From the NCBI GenBank assembly GCA_051362555.1, contig CM120640.1, positions 35,359,967 to 35,423,966 on the forward strand: a stretch of 64,000 nt of DNA, given 5' to 3'. A program made the position numbers and the translations under genes. The DNA is from Lingula anatina. Lineage: Eukaryota > Animalia > Brachiopoda. Position 1 is the stretch's first letter. Each line of letters starts with the position of its first letter. Below the pieces are notes generated by a model. It made no database searches. It worked only from the letters and a program-made list of their open reading frames with translations, and was not told the origin of the DNA. Below are positions 50,301 through 64,000 of the stretch, one piece after another.

Positions 50301-53300
50301 CTCTTGCATTAAGGGCGTCTTAATCTGCACATCTTTTGACTTCTCGAAGTGTCAATCAAATATTTTGATTTAGTACTCTCAGTATATTCACTGTACTACG
50401 ATATTGTGGCAAAGATAAAGTAGACAAAAGTTTTGGAAAAAAAAGGTGATTCCATGTCATTGTCTTTGGGAAGAGGTTAAATCCCACCCCCACCCCACCC
50501 CTGCCAAATTATTTAGTTACATTCAGTTAATGTGCAAATGGTCCTTGTGGACAGATTTCAGTGAGCAACTGTAAGTAATAATATTGTAGGATTTGGAAGT
50601 CCCATAAAGTCATATCACAAAAACAGCTGTGTAATTTTCGTCGTCAAAATGAAAACATTCCCAAGCATGTGGCACTTAATTTGGAAAAAAAAAAAAGAAT
50701 CCAATTTTCTACACTATAAATGAGCCCAAGTTAAAAACCCTTTGATACATTAGCCTTATTTGTTGCCAATTAAGTAACAGCTTTCATGATATAAATCTCA
50801 AACTGGCAAGACGAGGGCCCCGCTCTTGTAAACCGGGTTTCTCTGGAGTTTCATTGCACAGTCTTTGTTGCGCAGGAAACAACTTGGGAGAAATGTTCAC
50901 ACTCACAAGTGGTTTTAATTTGTTAGGAACAGAAGGACATTTACAGAGCTGGTCATGGCATATTGCCATGGAAATGAGACTTCCTGTGGGGATCTTATAA
51001 ATTTCGGTCTTAAAACGTGTGGCAAGTCCATGGAAAAAGAAACCTGTGGCTGTTAGGAGATTGTATTTGCTCCCCCAAGTACAAAAATACACTGCTGCTC
51101 TGGGTAGAAGTGGTGTTTAGGGTTTCAAAGCATCTGGATTAAGCCATTCAGTTGACAGTTGCACACAGGTGCTGTGGCAGAAGTACATTTTAACCGGGTT
51201 TTTACCTTCCTTGGGTTAAGTTCAGATTACACCTTAAGATTGTAATCCTGACTTCTAGTGGGTGTTTTGTATCAGAAACCTTGCGAAAACTTTTCACAAT
51301 ATGTGTGCATTAATATATGCTTGTGTTTACCTAGACTCCCTCCTCAATACATTTGTCTCCGAGCTGCTTAGACAAAAGGCTGTTTGGGTTGCCATTGAAA
51401 GTGAATTTTTGCTCCAGCGATTCAGGCCTTTATGTTGGTATATGGAATTTACATTATCACACAGGAAATCTGGATTTGGCAGCCAAGAGAGTACGTTGCA
51501 TTCAGGCCCTATTGTCGCAGGAGATTTCAATTGATCGATTTGTCTTTGAAATTTGAATCACAGTCAATATGTTTGCAGAAATAATAGAGAGAGGGAGATG
51601 TGAGTGTGAGATTGGTGATATTCTATTTTATAAGACATTTACAGAAATTGCTTCTCAAGAACAATCGCCATATACCATTTGCTGAACGATTGTTTGCTGT
51701 GTATGTTTTCCCAAGACCTGCTTGATTATCTTGTTTAGACCTCTGCCTACAGAAATAATACAGCTCACTTCCCAAAACATCCAATAATATGTTCAGTCAG
51801 CAAGTGGCATGGTAGTATCTAAACTTAACGATTAAATTCTTTTTATTTTATTTAATCAAGCTCATGTTCTTTGAATCAGTTTTGGCAGGAGATGCTCAGG
51901 CGACCATGAGGCATGTTGGGTTATCTTGCAATGTAATCAGAAGTTGATATTGATCAAATTAAATGTAAAATCTAGAAAGTAAGTGGGTTGAAAGTTTAAT
52001 GTCAAACCAAAAAATATAAAGATAAATAAACCAGCTGGATAATTATGGGGTTTTTTTTTTTTTTTTTCGCAAGTGATTTTTTTTCTCAACAAAACAGATT
52101 ATAGGCTGGATAGATAACATAGTTGTATAAAGATTAACACAGATAATAAAACTGCCTTCAAGATATTTGAGATGTGACATGTCTTTAGTATGGTATTGTC
52201 AGTGTCATCCATCCTGTATTGAAAAGTACCTCCGTTGCGCATAAACATTAAGGCATATACCCCTGATACCCTGGTCATAGGACAATGGAGGAGCTTAGAT
52301 TGCTCTACTGACCACATTCTATACTATAATGATTGTTTGCCTTCCAGTTTCGGTTACCTAAAGCAGAATGAGGCCTCTTCTTCTTCAATCAGTTGACTAG
52401 TTTTACCTGTGGTATCAAGTTGAAGGCGTTACATGAATGTGTCCTTCCGTACTGAATGACTGGAGGGGAGAGGCTAGCAGACCCGGTCGGTCGCCTTAGA
52501 AGTTATCATTTAATGCCCTGCCTTGTGGCCTTTAAGCCATTTTTACCGAGTTGCCTTTTTATTTCCTTGCATGCATATGACCCTCTAAATGTTTTGTTGA
52601 GACATTTTTTATTTCCCAACATGTCCTAATGTGCCATTAAACTTTTTTTACTGACTGTCTGTTTTGCCTTAGCATATTGATATATTAAAAAAAACACAAA
52701 GCAAGGAGGCGGACAGAGACTACTGTGTTTAAACTGTACAAAGAATGTATATGGCTCCGAAATACAAATATTTGCTGTAGCAGCTCGTGTAACTGGTTAT
52801 GTCAATGAGGATAAATGGGTTTCACTTTGGTGATAGTTCACTGCCTGGCTTTTCCCTTAAAGCCATCAAGATGATGAATACTACTGTCCTCTGCTAGAAG
52901 GGTTAAACAGAGGTCCGTACAGTTCTGTTCACACTGGGATTTGGTCTAGTCAAAACTGAATGGTGAAAACTGCAGGGAACCCAGTTTGTTACTGCAGTGG
53001 TTTCTGGTTGCAATATCCTCAACATGATATAATGCAGTCAACTCTGTGGCTGTCATAATTTTGTACACCCCTTGTTGTTTAAACCAGCTGGTACTGCTTC
53101 TCTGAAAAGAGAGCCCTATTTTTCTTTGCTGAGGTCCAGTCCAGTTCAGACCAACGAGCCCAACCCACTGAGCTCTGTATCCAATTTGCATGCACTTTCT
53201 CGCCCATTGTTGATATGGCTCCTATTTGCACAGTGCAAGTAGTCTCTTATGTGTTTGCCCACAGGAGAAATGTAAAGGAGAGGGTCAAGTGGTAGTTGGT

Positions 53301-56300
53301 AGCCATTTCTGAACATGATGCTTATCCTATTATGTGACAGGAGACAATAACTATTTAGTGACCCCCCTCTTCCCCCACCCTTCCATAGTTTTGTCAATGT
53401 GGATTGCAGCACACCTGGCATAGATACTTTGTTTTTACCTTGGAAATAAACCTAAAGTCGATTTTTTTTCTGTTTGGGATATTTTAAGAATTATACAAAT
53501 TGTTGCAATGATCATGATGTTTGTGACTTCTGTTTTGCAGATTATCATAGTTGACTTGTCATCTGAATGACAATTTATGCTGCAAACAGAGATTCCTCAT
53601 ATGCTTCATTTCATTCTTTATTGCACCATGCACACATTCAAGTACTGATGATATAATATGAGATGTAACTAGATTCTTATTGTTTTTTGCTACAGGAATG
53701 GATTTTTATCACTCTGGTAATACCCCAGGCGGGTCTGAAGTTGCTTCTTATTCAACATGTAACACAACACCTAGATTCTTTCTGTTTTTTGTTTTCAGTT
53801 CAACTTTGTTGGTAGGATATTAGGTCCACAGGGTCACACCATTAAAGAACTAGAAAAGAGTACGGGTTGCCGAATCATGGTTAGAGGTAGAGGATCAATG
53901 AGGGATAAGAAAAAGGTAAGTGAAGTGAGTTTTGTGTCATGATTTCTTAAAAAGAGAACAGGTTGCAGAATTGTTGCATAGATAAGCCACACATTAGTGA
54001 TGGATGAAAAAAAAAAAGGTAAGTCATGAGTTTACAGCTTTTGTATTATTTTTTTGTTTAAATATGAATGGGTTTTAGAAGGAATACGGGCTGCAAAACT
54101 ATAATGATAGGGGAAACGGCAACGCAATGGGTATTAAAGAAAGGGTTGGTTCTGATAGTGTTATGTTCGTCATGGATCATTTATCGAAAAAAATGTGCTG
54201 AGCGTAGTAAATGATAGTGTTATATGAACTAAAGATTTATAGGCAATATCAGACCATGCAGAGAGATTTGTGGCCTCTCTCTCCATATGTAGTAGTGGAA
54301 TGAGGATATTGAAATTGAATCTATGAAGATTTATTGTGCGCTTCGTGTTTTGTAAAAATAATTTATGGTTTTCTTAGTCACTTTTACTACGGTTATTAAA
54401 TGTTAAAGACAGTTCTAAGATCCTTTAACATGATGGCTTGCATGGTTAACAGCATCTAAAATCAAACAGAACATTGCTGGTTCCGATTTCATTTTGACAC
54501 CCCGCAGGAATGGAACATTAAACAACACTGCACGGCTTGGCAGGCACAGGCTATGAAAAAGTAGCCCCCCCATTAAACTTGTCGCCACATCAGTTTAATA
54601 GCCCCTTCTCTTCTGAGGAAACACAATATTTGAAAGATAGGTGATTTTGGAGTGGAATTCCCATAGCGGATTTGAATGTGAAAAGCAAGGGGGAGAATGT
54701 TGAAATAAAGAGGTGCAGAGGTAGGGGATGGGCATGGTTTATAACTACACTTCAAAGTGGCTACCGGAATCGTTATGCACAATTTGGCTACCGAGGCAGA
54801 AAAGTTCATCACATGATTTTCACAGCCAACCAAGGGGCTTGCCGTACGTATAAATCACTACTATCAAACTGAAGGCAAATTGCCAGATGGATCTGAAAAC
54901 ATGCAAACTTGTTTTAAAAAAAGAGAGATGGATCCTTGGATGTGTTTTTCTAACTGAATTGTCAGAGGAAATAAAGCTGTTATGATGTATTGCCAAGTTT
55001 GGCTGTAATTTACATTGAAAATGTCAGTTATGTCATCACGTTTTTTTTTTTTTTTCTAAATCAAAACCAATTCAGACCCATTTATTTCAGTGGCTGTTTT
55101 TTTATATCTCTCAATTTTTTTTAAACACCTGGAGAACAAGCCCAGATTTGGACAAGTAAAGGGCCAAGGTGTCTTTATGGATGAAATTAAATACCTTCAA
55201 GCTGGGCTTTGGGACAATCTGACTAATAATCTGAATATCCCCTCTTTCCTCATACAGATTAACAGGAAATCATTCAAGACATAAACTACTACTATTTATG
55301 CTGACCTGGACAAGTACTAGCCCTTGGCCATTGGGGATATTGCTAATTTATGTCCATACCTTTAGTGTAAAATAAGCTTGGAAAGGTGTATTTTGTCACC
55401 TAATGCCAGGCTAATCTACCCACAGGACATCCATTTCACTTTCAATAGGGTTTGAAAAATCATCAACTTTTGACAGTCATGTCAGTTAAAGAATTTACAT
55501 GAATAATCGTCTCTTGTCAAGGGTGGTGCTTGGAATTTTAATACTAAAGATCATGGCTGCATTTTCTATTAGGAAATACAATTACCAAAATTGGCCTTGT
55601 GCACATCAAAAATTGACTGTCGATCTTCATCCCTACCTTGACCTTGACCTATCTATTTTACCAATTATTTAATTGTTAGTGAATCATTATGGTCGGTGGC
55701 TTAGAGAAATTTGGCAATTTAATCCCGAAGCCTGAGAGAGTGATTCTACAGAGACCCGACTTGTCTATATCTGTGCGAGTTCAGAATGATTGAATGGAGG
55801 TTCTGGGAAAGTCAGGGGACTACAGCTGTCAGAGGGGATTATCAACAGCTTATACTGGGATAGCTTTGTTGCAGTGAAATCAATAAACTATAATTGATCT
55901 AATCTGTCCTAAGTTGAAAATAAAGATGCTGCTTGGTGTCTGCTTAGAACATTTTTCCTTTTGAGTGCTTTGTATCTAGTTGAGCTCAGAATACTAATAT
56001 ATAATATGATTTTATCATGTAGAAGCCTAGTTGTGTTGGGAGTAGCGTAGAGGTTCGACTGGGAGCAAGATGGGGCTGAACTCCCCTTAGTACCCAATTA
56101 CAGTGGGATAATGGATGAGAACTTCTATCTGCGATTAAAGTGGGAGTTGTTTTGGACTAAACATATGTGGAGTTCCTCCTCAAAATGAAATTAAGCTTTA
56201 TTTCCTCACATCTGACCCATGGTCAAAGCTATTAAGAAACGGAAAATTGCTGTCTAGTTTTTCCACTGCAGCATGGCAAGTTTAAGCTTTAGACCAGATT

Positions 56301-58918
56301 GGTTGCTTGGCTTAATATTGAACTAGGTTCCTGTTGGTATTTGGCTTTTGAAATAGAAGGGGTAGTCACAATGAATGAGTCTTGAACCTCCAGTAAAGAA
56401 CTGAGCAAGAATTTCCATTCACATGCCAAAAATGTTTTCTTATATATTTAACATACTAGGGTCAACCATGACAATATGGTCTGCAGTTATTTGAATATGG
56501 TGAAAAGAAAATCTGTCCCCACCCTCTTAAACAAAAGGAAGAAGTGGGAATGACATTTGGGTTTTTTTTTTTTTTCTTGTAGTTCAAGTATAAAATTTGC
56601 TTTGGAAGAAGTTATCTTGATTTTGTCTGTGACATGCTCTAAGCTACTTGTCTAAACAACAGGGAACCCATGAAACCATATTTAGATCTACACAAGATTA
56701 GGACTGAAATATATACAAACCTCATGAGATACAGAAATTGCAGTGTTTAATAGTTTAATAGAAAAAAAGTATTGGAGGGGGGGGGGGGCACAGTTTTGGA
56801 ATACTGCCTTTGATACAGTTCAAGTCTGGTATTTAATTATGCTGCTAATAAAAATGAGACTACTCTACAAACAAACTCTTGGTGGCCTACTTTAAATACT
56901 GGTAGTTTGGGATCACTGCCTGGTGGCAACACTGCCGTGGAACTGGCATTAAGTTGGCTTAAATGGGTCTAGAATTTCCTTTTCCTAAATCAAGATACAT
57001 GGCTGCCCAAATATTGTGTCTGCAAGGATCTTTATCATAGCTGCATATTTTAAGAAGTTGGCATGTAAATGAATTATTTATGAAAACACACATTTGCATA
57101 AGAAAGTTTCAGAGGTTGATTTTTAATTTGCAGTTTAAAGCATGACTGTAAAAAATATTAATAGTTAGAATTATTCTTTAAAAGAAACTGTTGATGGCAT
57201 ATCAACAGATGTGTGTTAGACAGATACAAAAATGAATGCAAGAAATGGAGGGTCCATTTAAAAGAATATGACATGTAAGATGGACAAGAGGTATAGGATT
57301 ATTTAAAGTCCATCAAAATGCCACTCTGCCTTCCCTGTGGAGATGTAGTTAGCTGTTGCCCATCCATCACTGTGACAGTGCCCAGCACAGTGGACCCACT
57401 GTCTTTGTCCTCGGTCATAAGGGCCAGTCTGTTTGCTGACCATCCTGGGGCAAGCACATTGACCAGTTAGTTTTGTCATCAACATGCTATTATTTATGTA
57501 AGATCTGCTTGTTTCTGTGAAATCAAAGTCAGTTTCATAGTTGAGTGTCTTGTTATGTGACCAAGTCACGAACATGTAAAACTGGGAATTTTTTTATATG
57601 ATAAAAATGTTACTTGTCTCTTTTACAACAGAAAACAAAAATGTGACGAGAAGAATTGCACTAGATTCCTGTAACTAAAAATTGTGGTCCTATTATCTTA
57701 AAGATTGATAAAATGAAGAGATTCCTTATTTTAGGTGTTTTATTGTTATTATATTACATCCCTGTATGCAGTGTTAGAAATTAAGGCTGGACCGTCTGCC
57801 CGGGGCTGACAACTTTCAGAACGGGCTGAGAAGTTATCCCACCCAGCAGACATTCAGTCCAGCTACTTTTCAAGATGGCTGGACTTTCGGTCCAGCAACT
57901 AATTTTCCTAAGAGGCAAACACTGCCTGTATGGTATAAGTAGGTAGTGGTAAACCAAGGGAAAACCACCCAACTAAACTGAAAATGCATTTTTAATGCTT
58001 ATTTTCTTTATAGAACCTGCCCATTTTAAGGCATGTCCTCAAACCCATTGTTTTTGCCATTGTAGCCAGAATTGCAATTAACCAAAATAAGTAGCTTGTT
58101 TCTGTAAAACCCATTTAATGTTACAAAGAGAAAGGAGGATATTACTGGTAATGCAGGTAATTATTAAAAAGCATTTTTGCTATTTACTTGTAGTCGCTGG
58201 TTTCTGAGAAATGAAAGCCATCCTGTTACAGTGAAACGGATTAGCTTCAGGGGTACTCTTTATAAAAATGAAGGGGGGGGGGGGAGGTTGGTTTTCAACA
58301 TCAACTGGTATGTTTCTGTATCCATCTTTGACAATTTAACTTCGATTATTCAGCCCTGTTAAGTTTTCGTTATTTGATTTTGTTCTGTTTTTTTTTTTTT
58401 ATGAAAGAAAGTTTCAGATAAGATTGAAGTGTTTCTGTGTATTTTCTTTGAACAGTACAGGTTAGGCCTTGTCAAAATACTGATGTGTCATTCCTGAATA
58501 CAGTATATGACTGTTAACATTCTTTAAGATCACTTGTTCTTGTCAAGTCAAATCAGTGTTATTATTGTTAAGATAGGGAGTGCAGTTTTAAAAGCTTGGA
58601 CTGGATGGCGCAGCTGAACTAGTCATTTATTCATTTATTCAAAAAATGTTACTCATTTGGCAAGGAACTTTTTATCAATATGTATATTATGCTGAATAGA
58701 TATGTTTTTTTATTTATTTTTGTTATTATTATTATTATTATTATTGAAAGTAAATATTTTTTGGTCTTTTCTAGGAGGAACAATATAGAGGCAAGCCAAA
58801 CTGGGAACACTTAAATGAAGAGTTACATGTATTAATAAATGTAGAAGACACAAAAACCAGAGCTGAGATGAAACTACAAAGGGCTGTGGAGGAAGTGAGG
58901 AAGTTGTTAGTGCCAGCG
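44321..58918 (+). CDS. QKI: Quaking/held-out-wings STAR-family KH RNA-binding protein, first four coding exons; gene continues beyond the right edge
   Basis: Exons 44321-44483 (QUA1: [30 protein letters not shown]), 49061-49191 (ISKVR...LPDPQG...[14 protein letters not shown]), 53799-53915 ([39 protein letters not shown]) and 58775-58918 ([48 protein letters not shown]). The QUA2 exon was not seen before 64000. Confidence 0.9.
53946..54150 (+). pseudogene. Two decayed partial tandem copies of quaking exon 3
   Basis: Copy A reads [10 protein letters not shown]...MDEKKK|GTAAGT and copy B reads LE-NTGCK...RGNG..MGIKER|GTTGGT, against the exon's [22 protein letters not shown]|GTAAGT. Confidence 0.6.
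57769..57924. mobile_element. hAT-type MITE with an 8-bp TSD
   Basis: Ends CAGTGTT / AACACTG and exact TSD CCTGTATG at 57761-57768 and 57925-57932. Internal GCTGGAC/GTCCAGC repeats. Confidence 0.85.
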
Positions 58919-61900
58919 GTAAGAAAAGAAATAATTATAAATATCAGCACGCGCAGTGCACTTGTAACTTGCCAATATCCCCTTTGTGGCCATGTCCCTA
59001 GGTGCTTAAGAAAGCAGAGATGCTGGTATTAAAATATGCTGATTCAATAATGTTACTTGATGTCATACATTGCTTAAGGAGTTGTTCATTTAGTTTTATA
59101 TTCACATCAAGTGGAAAGACTGTAGATTTGTTGCAAGGTTTCCGTGGCGACTGACATTTTTTTTTTTTTTTTTTCTTTAATTTAAGTCCTTCAGGCTCGT
59201 AAGACCAATTAGATGTTTGAGCAAACTGCCAACGGACTGCTTTGCCTTAACAGAAGTTTTTCATTTCTTGTTAAGCTGTTTGCTTATGACTGTTTCCCAT
59301 TTCAAATACACTGTCTACATTGATTTGACATCTAAAGCTCCCAATCCCCAGGAGAACTGCTCTGACGGGAGAACCTTCTGAAGAAGACATCCAGACAGTG
59401 ACTCCATGTCCAACAATCTAAATTCCAAGGCAAATGTGATAATTTGTGAAGGAATGCTTCAGGCAAAAATGCCAACACATAAATTTTTTTCCCCTTATCT
59501 TGGGAAGTACTCCAATTGCTTCCATATTTTGATTTCACCAATTGTTTTATTTTTTCTTTCATAAATATTTTATGAATTATATAGAACATTATTTTGGGAT
59601 TATTTTTGTTCAAATTTAATAAGCAATTGCTATATCATTTTTGCTTGCAAAAGAGAAGTATTTACTTTGGAAATAACAGGCTTTTTCTGCAAAGGCCTGG
59701 TCTTAGAATAGCCCTAGAGATGCCTAGCAGCAGAGGATAACCCCATATGTTTATGAAGCATAAATCTAATTAATGTTTGCATAGAAACACTTAGGACTTC
59801 TCCTGTGCCAGTTTTCATACGTTGCCGAAAGATTTTTGGAAACCTCACATTCTCCGCAGGAAGCTGGGTTCAGGATTTGATGGGCATCTTTATGTTTCTG
59901 TTTATACATAATGGGGGTGGGGAGAAGCAGACTCCCGAAAGAATAATTCTGTAAGGGTTTCAGATACATCATCCTTGTACATGTGTTTTGAGTTGACTAC
60001 ACTGTGGTTATCTTTTCTAAACAAAGTCTTCCTTTATTTTATACCGTTAAGGTATTGGCCAACAATCTCTTCCTTTGTTTCGTATTACTCACTGCGCAAG
60101 AAAGAAGTTGCGAGTCAGAGGGCTTGAGAGATATAGGCTGATACTCTGAGTTGGATACCACAGCAGGTTTATTTGATTTCCTTGCTAATATGTAAGCATT
60201 CTATTTCCCCCATTTCTCCAGAGAATGAAAGTTTTCCTCCTCAGTGCTGATGTAACTTTGGCTGCATAGCTCCGACAGTGGTGGATGTTAGGATTAACAT
60301 ACTCTGCCGCTAAAGAGATCTTCAATCAATTCTCAGAGATAGCGGAGAAACTCCAAGAAGATAAAGCATCGTTCAGGTGGAAATGAACCATTTACGATGT
60401 ATTGTCATTGGGTTCAGTTTATGTCCATCTGGTCCTTATTTCAATGTTTGGTGTCCAACTGAAATGTATTTCTCCAGATGAAACGATAATGACAAAAACA
60501 CTGTCCAAATTTTTGCCCATATACCACAGTTTCATTTTTAAGACGATTTGAAAACCATTCCTTATATTGAGACAGGATGTTATTTTTCAGAAACTAAAAA
60601 AAAAAAAAAAGTAGATTTCAGAATTTCTGCCATGAAAAAAAGATGGATAAGCAGAAATACCTCAAAAAAGTTTTTTTCTTTCTGTGCAATTCAATACAGT
60701 ATCAGTTTAGTATCAAATACATTTTACTGAACTAGTGGTGATACGTTTCAAGAAACCTTATGAGATTGCTCCCTGCCTGTTGAAAGATCTTAGAGCAGAG
60801 GTGGGGTCTCTCAAACAAAATTTTTTGATTTGTTGTGGGTGATAGGGATAGGCCGTCTCCCCATTCTAATACTTTGTGGTTTTTTTGGCATTGGTGGCTT
60901 CTGTATATGGCCTGTCTTTTATTGAGATCATGTGTTGATTGTTTCAAGAGCACCCTTCTCAAATTGTACTCTTCTGATGAAAGGTTGCAATGTAGAGGTG
61001 AAGGGTATAAAAAGGTAGGGGTGGAGAGTTCATGCTTTATGATCAAATTACTTTAGATAGTTTGTCAGTAAATAATTCATTCTTGCACTTTTTTTTTCTT
61101 TTTTTGTTTGTTTTTTGTCCTGATTTCTGAATCTGAAATTGGCAGAAACTGGACTGAAAGAGCAGACCAAGTCTCCTTAAATGCCATTGATTTCTCATAG
61201 CTCTCCTATAATGTTGATAGTACAGACTTGTAGGAACACAAGATAACAATTGCCGCCTATGGCATTCAGATTACCATTATAGACATTGAACCAGGGATGA
61301 AACCAGATTATCAGTGATATGTGTACAGTCTCCCAGCACTGGGCAGTCATTTAATACTACTAAAACTAGGCCTTCTAGTGTTATATTGATATCAGGGGAA
61401 GTCCTTCATTTGCTCTGTGGCTTCTCTAAACTGGTTTATGTGGATGTTTGCCGTAATCTAAACTGAAGTCTATTTCTAAAGAAATTACAAAAGCAGAAGA
61501 AAACACATCAGTTGGTCTTTATTGATAGTTCACCCTTCTAAGATTAGCAAAAAATGGCTATTTTGCAATTGAATTGGGTTTTATAATCACATATTTTGTC
61601 TTGTGTTCTATATCAAATTGGTTTGTGCATGCTATAAAGTATCTGTATCATGTTTACACAGACAAAAATGTAAACCAGTGTGCGCTGCAAGTTAGAATTG
61701 ATTTTTTTTTATCATCCATAGATTCGATCATACTTTGTCTTTTCTGTCTAGATTTCTGTTTGGCTTCAGTGGTCAGGAGTTGACAAGGTACACAGAAGGT
61801 CTTTCACAACTCCTGAAGCAGAACGAGAAATCCCCCCTGGAGTAGATTCACATTAAAGATCACTGGTGAATGATAGTCTTAATAGAGATACAAAACAGAG

Positions 61901-63339
61901 GAAGTGCAAGTTTTGCATTCCCATTCTGCAAACGAGTAACTAATCTTTCTCCTGTTCAGCCCATTGCCAAAAAAAAAAAGTTATGATAGATTGTTAAATT
62001 GCATACCTTAAAAAGAATTTTGCATTAGGGAGTTCTCAGTTATTTTGGTTTCTGTCTGCTGGTTCTATTAAAGGGAATGTTTGGTGATATGGTACCAGCT
62101 TCCCTGTTACTCTTTTTTATTAAAGATAGATAAAATTATCAGGTTTTTCTGTGTTTCTTTTTGGAGAGATACATGGAAGATACCAGCTACTCCCTCTGTT
62201 GCCTGTCATGTTCCCCATAAATCAACCCATGTTTTTGGAAGACTTGTTGAAAACTTAAACTGAAAAGGATGTCGATCAGGCCCTTCACCTAATCTTACTT
62301 GTAAACATTCGCCAGTGTTGTGGAATGTCTGCTGGTTATCTTCGGGGAGTGAGAGTTCCCTGTATTTATTAGGCTAATAGACACACGTGGCTGTCCTTAG
62401 CTGGCTGGCTGGTTAGTTTTACAGGTGTGCTTCGGGGACCGTTCATTTTGTATTCACAGCAGGAGGCCTGCGGTGTCACCGTATACCTGTGCTGGTTACT
62501 GGAGGAGTATGTAAAACGATCCACCTTGTAGACATGTATCCTCATCTCCTCCCTCAGTGGAATCTGTCATTTGGTGGTGGTTTCTTCATCATCACAGTGA
62601 CACTGCAACCCCCTTGTTGATACAGAACACAAAAGTAACTGGAACTAAATGCATGATGATACAGTTACAGTTAAAATTCTAGATTCTTCTTTACCCCCTG
62701 GCTACGTAGTTTAGGTATCTTAAAATGCTGCGGATTATAAGAGGTAGAAATGAAGACTTCTGCATTATTTAGACTATTTTTATATTTTTGCCAAACTATA
62801 TCTTGGTCAGGGATTTGATGTTCTCTTAGTCACGAAAGGGGTAGTACACGCAGGACGCACCACTTGGCCAATTGACAAAACATTTCAGTGGGAGTGCCTT
62901 GTCCATGCAATGGCCATTACATTACTGTTATGGGAGATGCACTTTGTTTCTGCCTTTACTGTGATAATAGGAAAAGGTATAGAATTAATCCTTGCACATG
63001 ATTCTCCCATTAAGGCTATATTTGTGATATTCCTTTGATCTTATTAACCTTTTTGGCAGCAGTTCTTTTGATTTCATGCCATCTTGCGATTATCTGTTAA
63101 TGACAGATAGTGTATTGTATAGGAGGAAGGTTTGCATGTACCATCAACCCAGCACAAACTGTAGATGCATTAATCATTTATGCAGACTGAAATCTTTACG
63201 CAGATTTAATACCTGTACTCCCCCCCCCCCCTTTGACATGCTATGTATACCTTAGTGTATTCAATGTTATATTTGACTTAGTACTTTTCTTGAATTGAGG
63301 GGAAATGGGTGGAATAGGGGGGGCGATGAAAATCTTGTT

Positions 63340-63392
<53 letters not shown>

Positions 63393-64000
63393 ACACATTG
63401 ATTTGGCCAGTTAGAATACACTGAGCCCAGTGAAGTTAGACTGAGAAACATGTGTTTGCCAAGAGATATTAGGTGCATTACAAACACCTAAGAAAACTTG
63501 ATGTACTGTCAGATTTGGGTTGATTTACGCTCATTACCATTTCCTCCAAAAAGAAAGGAATCAAAGAGGCCATTCTCAGAGACCTACCCTCTCTTCTTCC
63601 AGTTTCCTGACTGGTAGATGATCAGTTCTTACCTTACTGCATGTGTTTCCCTTGATCTAGTTATTTTGACCTTTGTGGTGAATTTTGCTCCTGCCTTAAA
63701 CATGCCTCTATTTATGAGTTTGAAATGAGAGTAGGAAAATGAACACCAGATTCTGTGAAAATTCATTGAAATAAGAAAGAAAAAAAAAAAGAAGAACCCT
63801 GCGTGATGATATGGATACCTCTTGAACCTCTTGCACAGCTTTCCAATTCTGCACTGGCGCTAATTTGATCATCTTACCTAAATCTAGCAGCTGATAATGA
63901 GAAAATTAGTACCAGGCTTTGCAAAAATGTCTTGGATCAAAAGTACCTCCATGATAATACAGATACCTCTCAGACCCTCTTGTGCAGTCTTCCTATACTG

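Noticed and set aside
57785-57897. Strong hairpins suggesting a structured ncRNA
   Set aside because: They are explained by the subterminal repeats of the hAT MITE bounded by an 8-bp TSD.
38860-60990. CTGATGA cores as possible hammerhead ribozymes
   Set aside because: None is followed by stem II and GAAA with compatible flanking stems.
59000-64000. Short ORFs and AG acceptors after quaking exon 4
   Set aside because: None encodes the expected QUA2 sequence or another recognisable domain, so they are treated as intron.

Overview
AT-rich, intron-containing animal genomic DNA. It is probably a mollusc or other lophotrochozoan, inferred from protein similarity and repeat style only. Five spliced protein-coding genes were reconstructed by hand: CEP162 (minus, runs off the left edge), DNAJC8 (plus, complete, one GC-AG intron), an uncharacterised TPR-less two-STI1/DP-domain protein (minus, complete), DDX18/Has1 (plus, complete) and a quaking/How-type STAR protein (plus, first 4 exons, runs off the right edge). 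The first four form two head-to-head pairs. The introns carry many non-autonomous DNA transposons (Harbinger-, hAT-, MULE- and Helentron/HINE-like), several with visible TIRs and TSDs. The most notable observations are a 3.8-kb U12-type last intron in DDX18, a quaking KH exon with a Sam68-like GPQG-x-TIK loop followed by two decayed partial copies of itself, the STI1-only co-chaperone-like gene, and CAGG-ended elements with 5-bp TSDs. Most supplied short ORFs are intronic noise. I did not find a clear, wholly novel multi-gene system.
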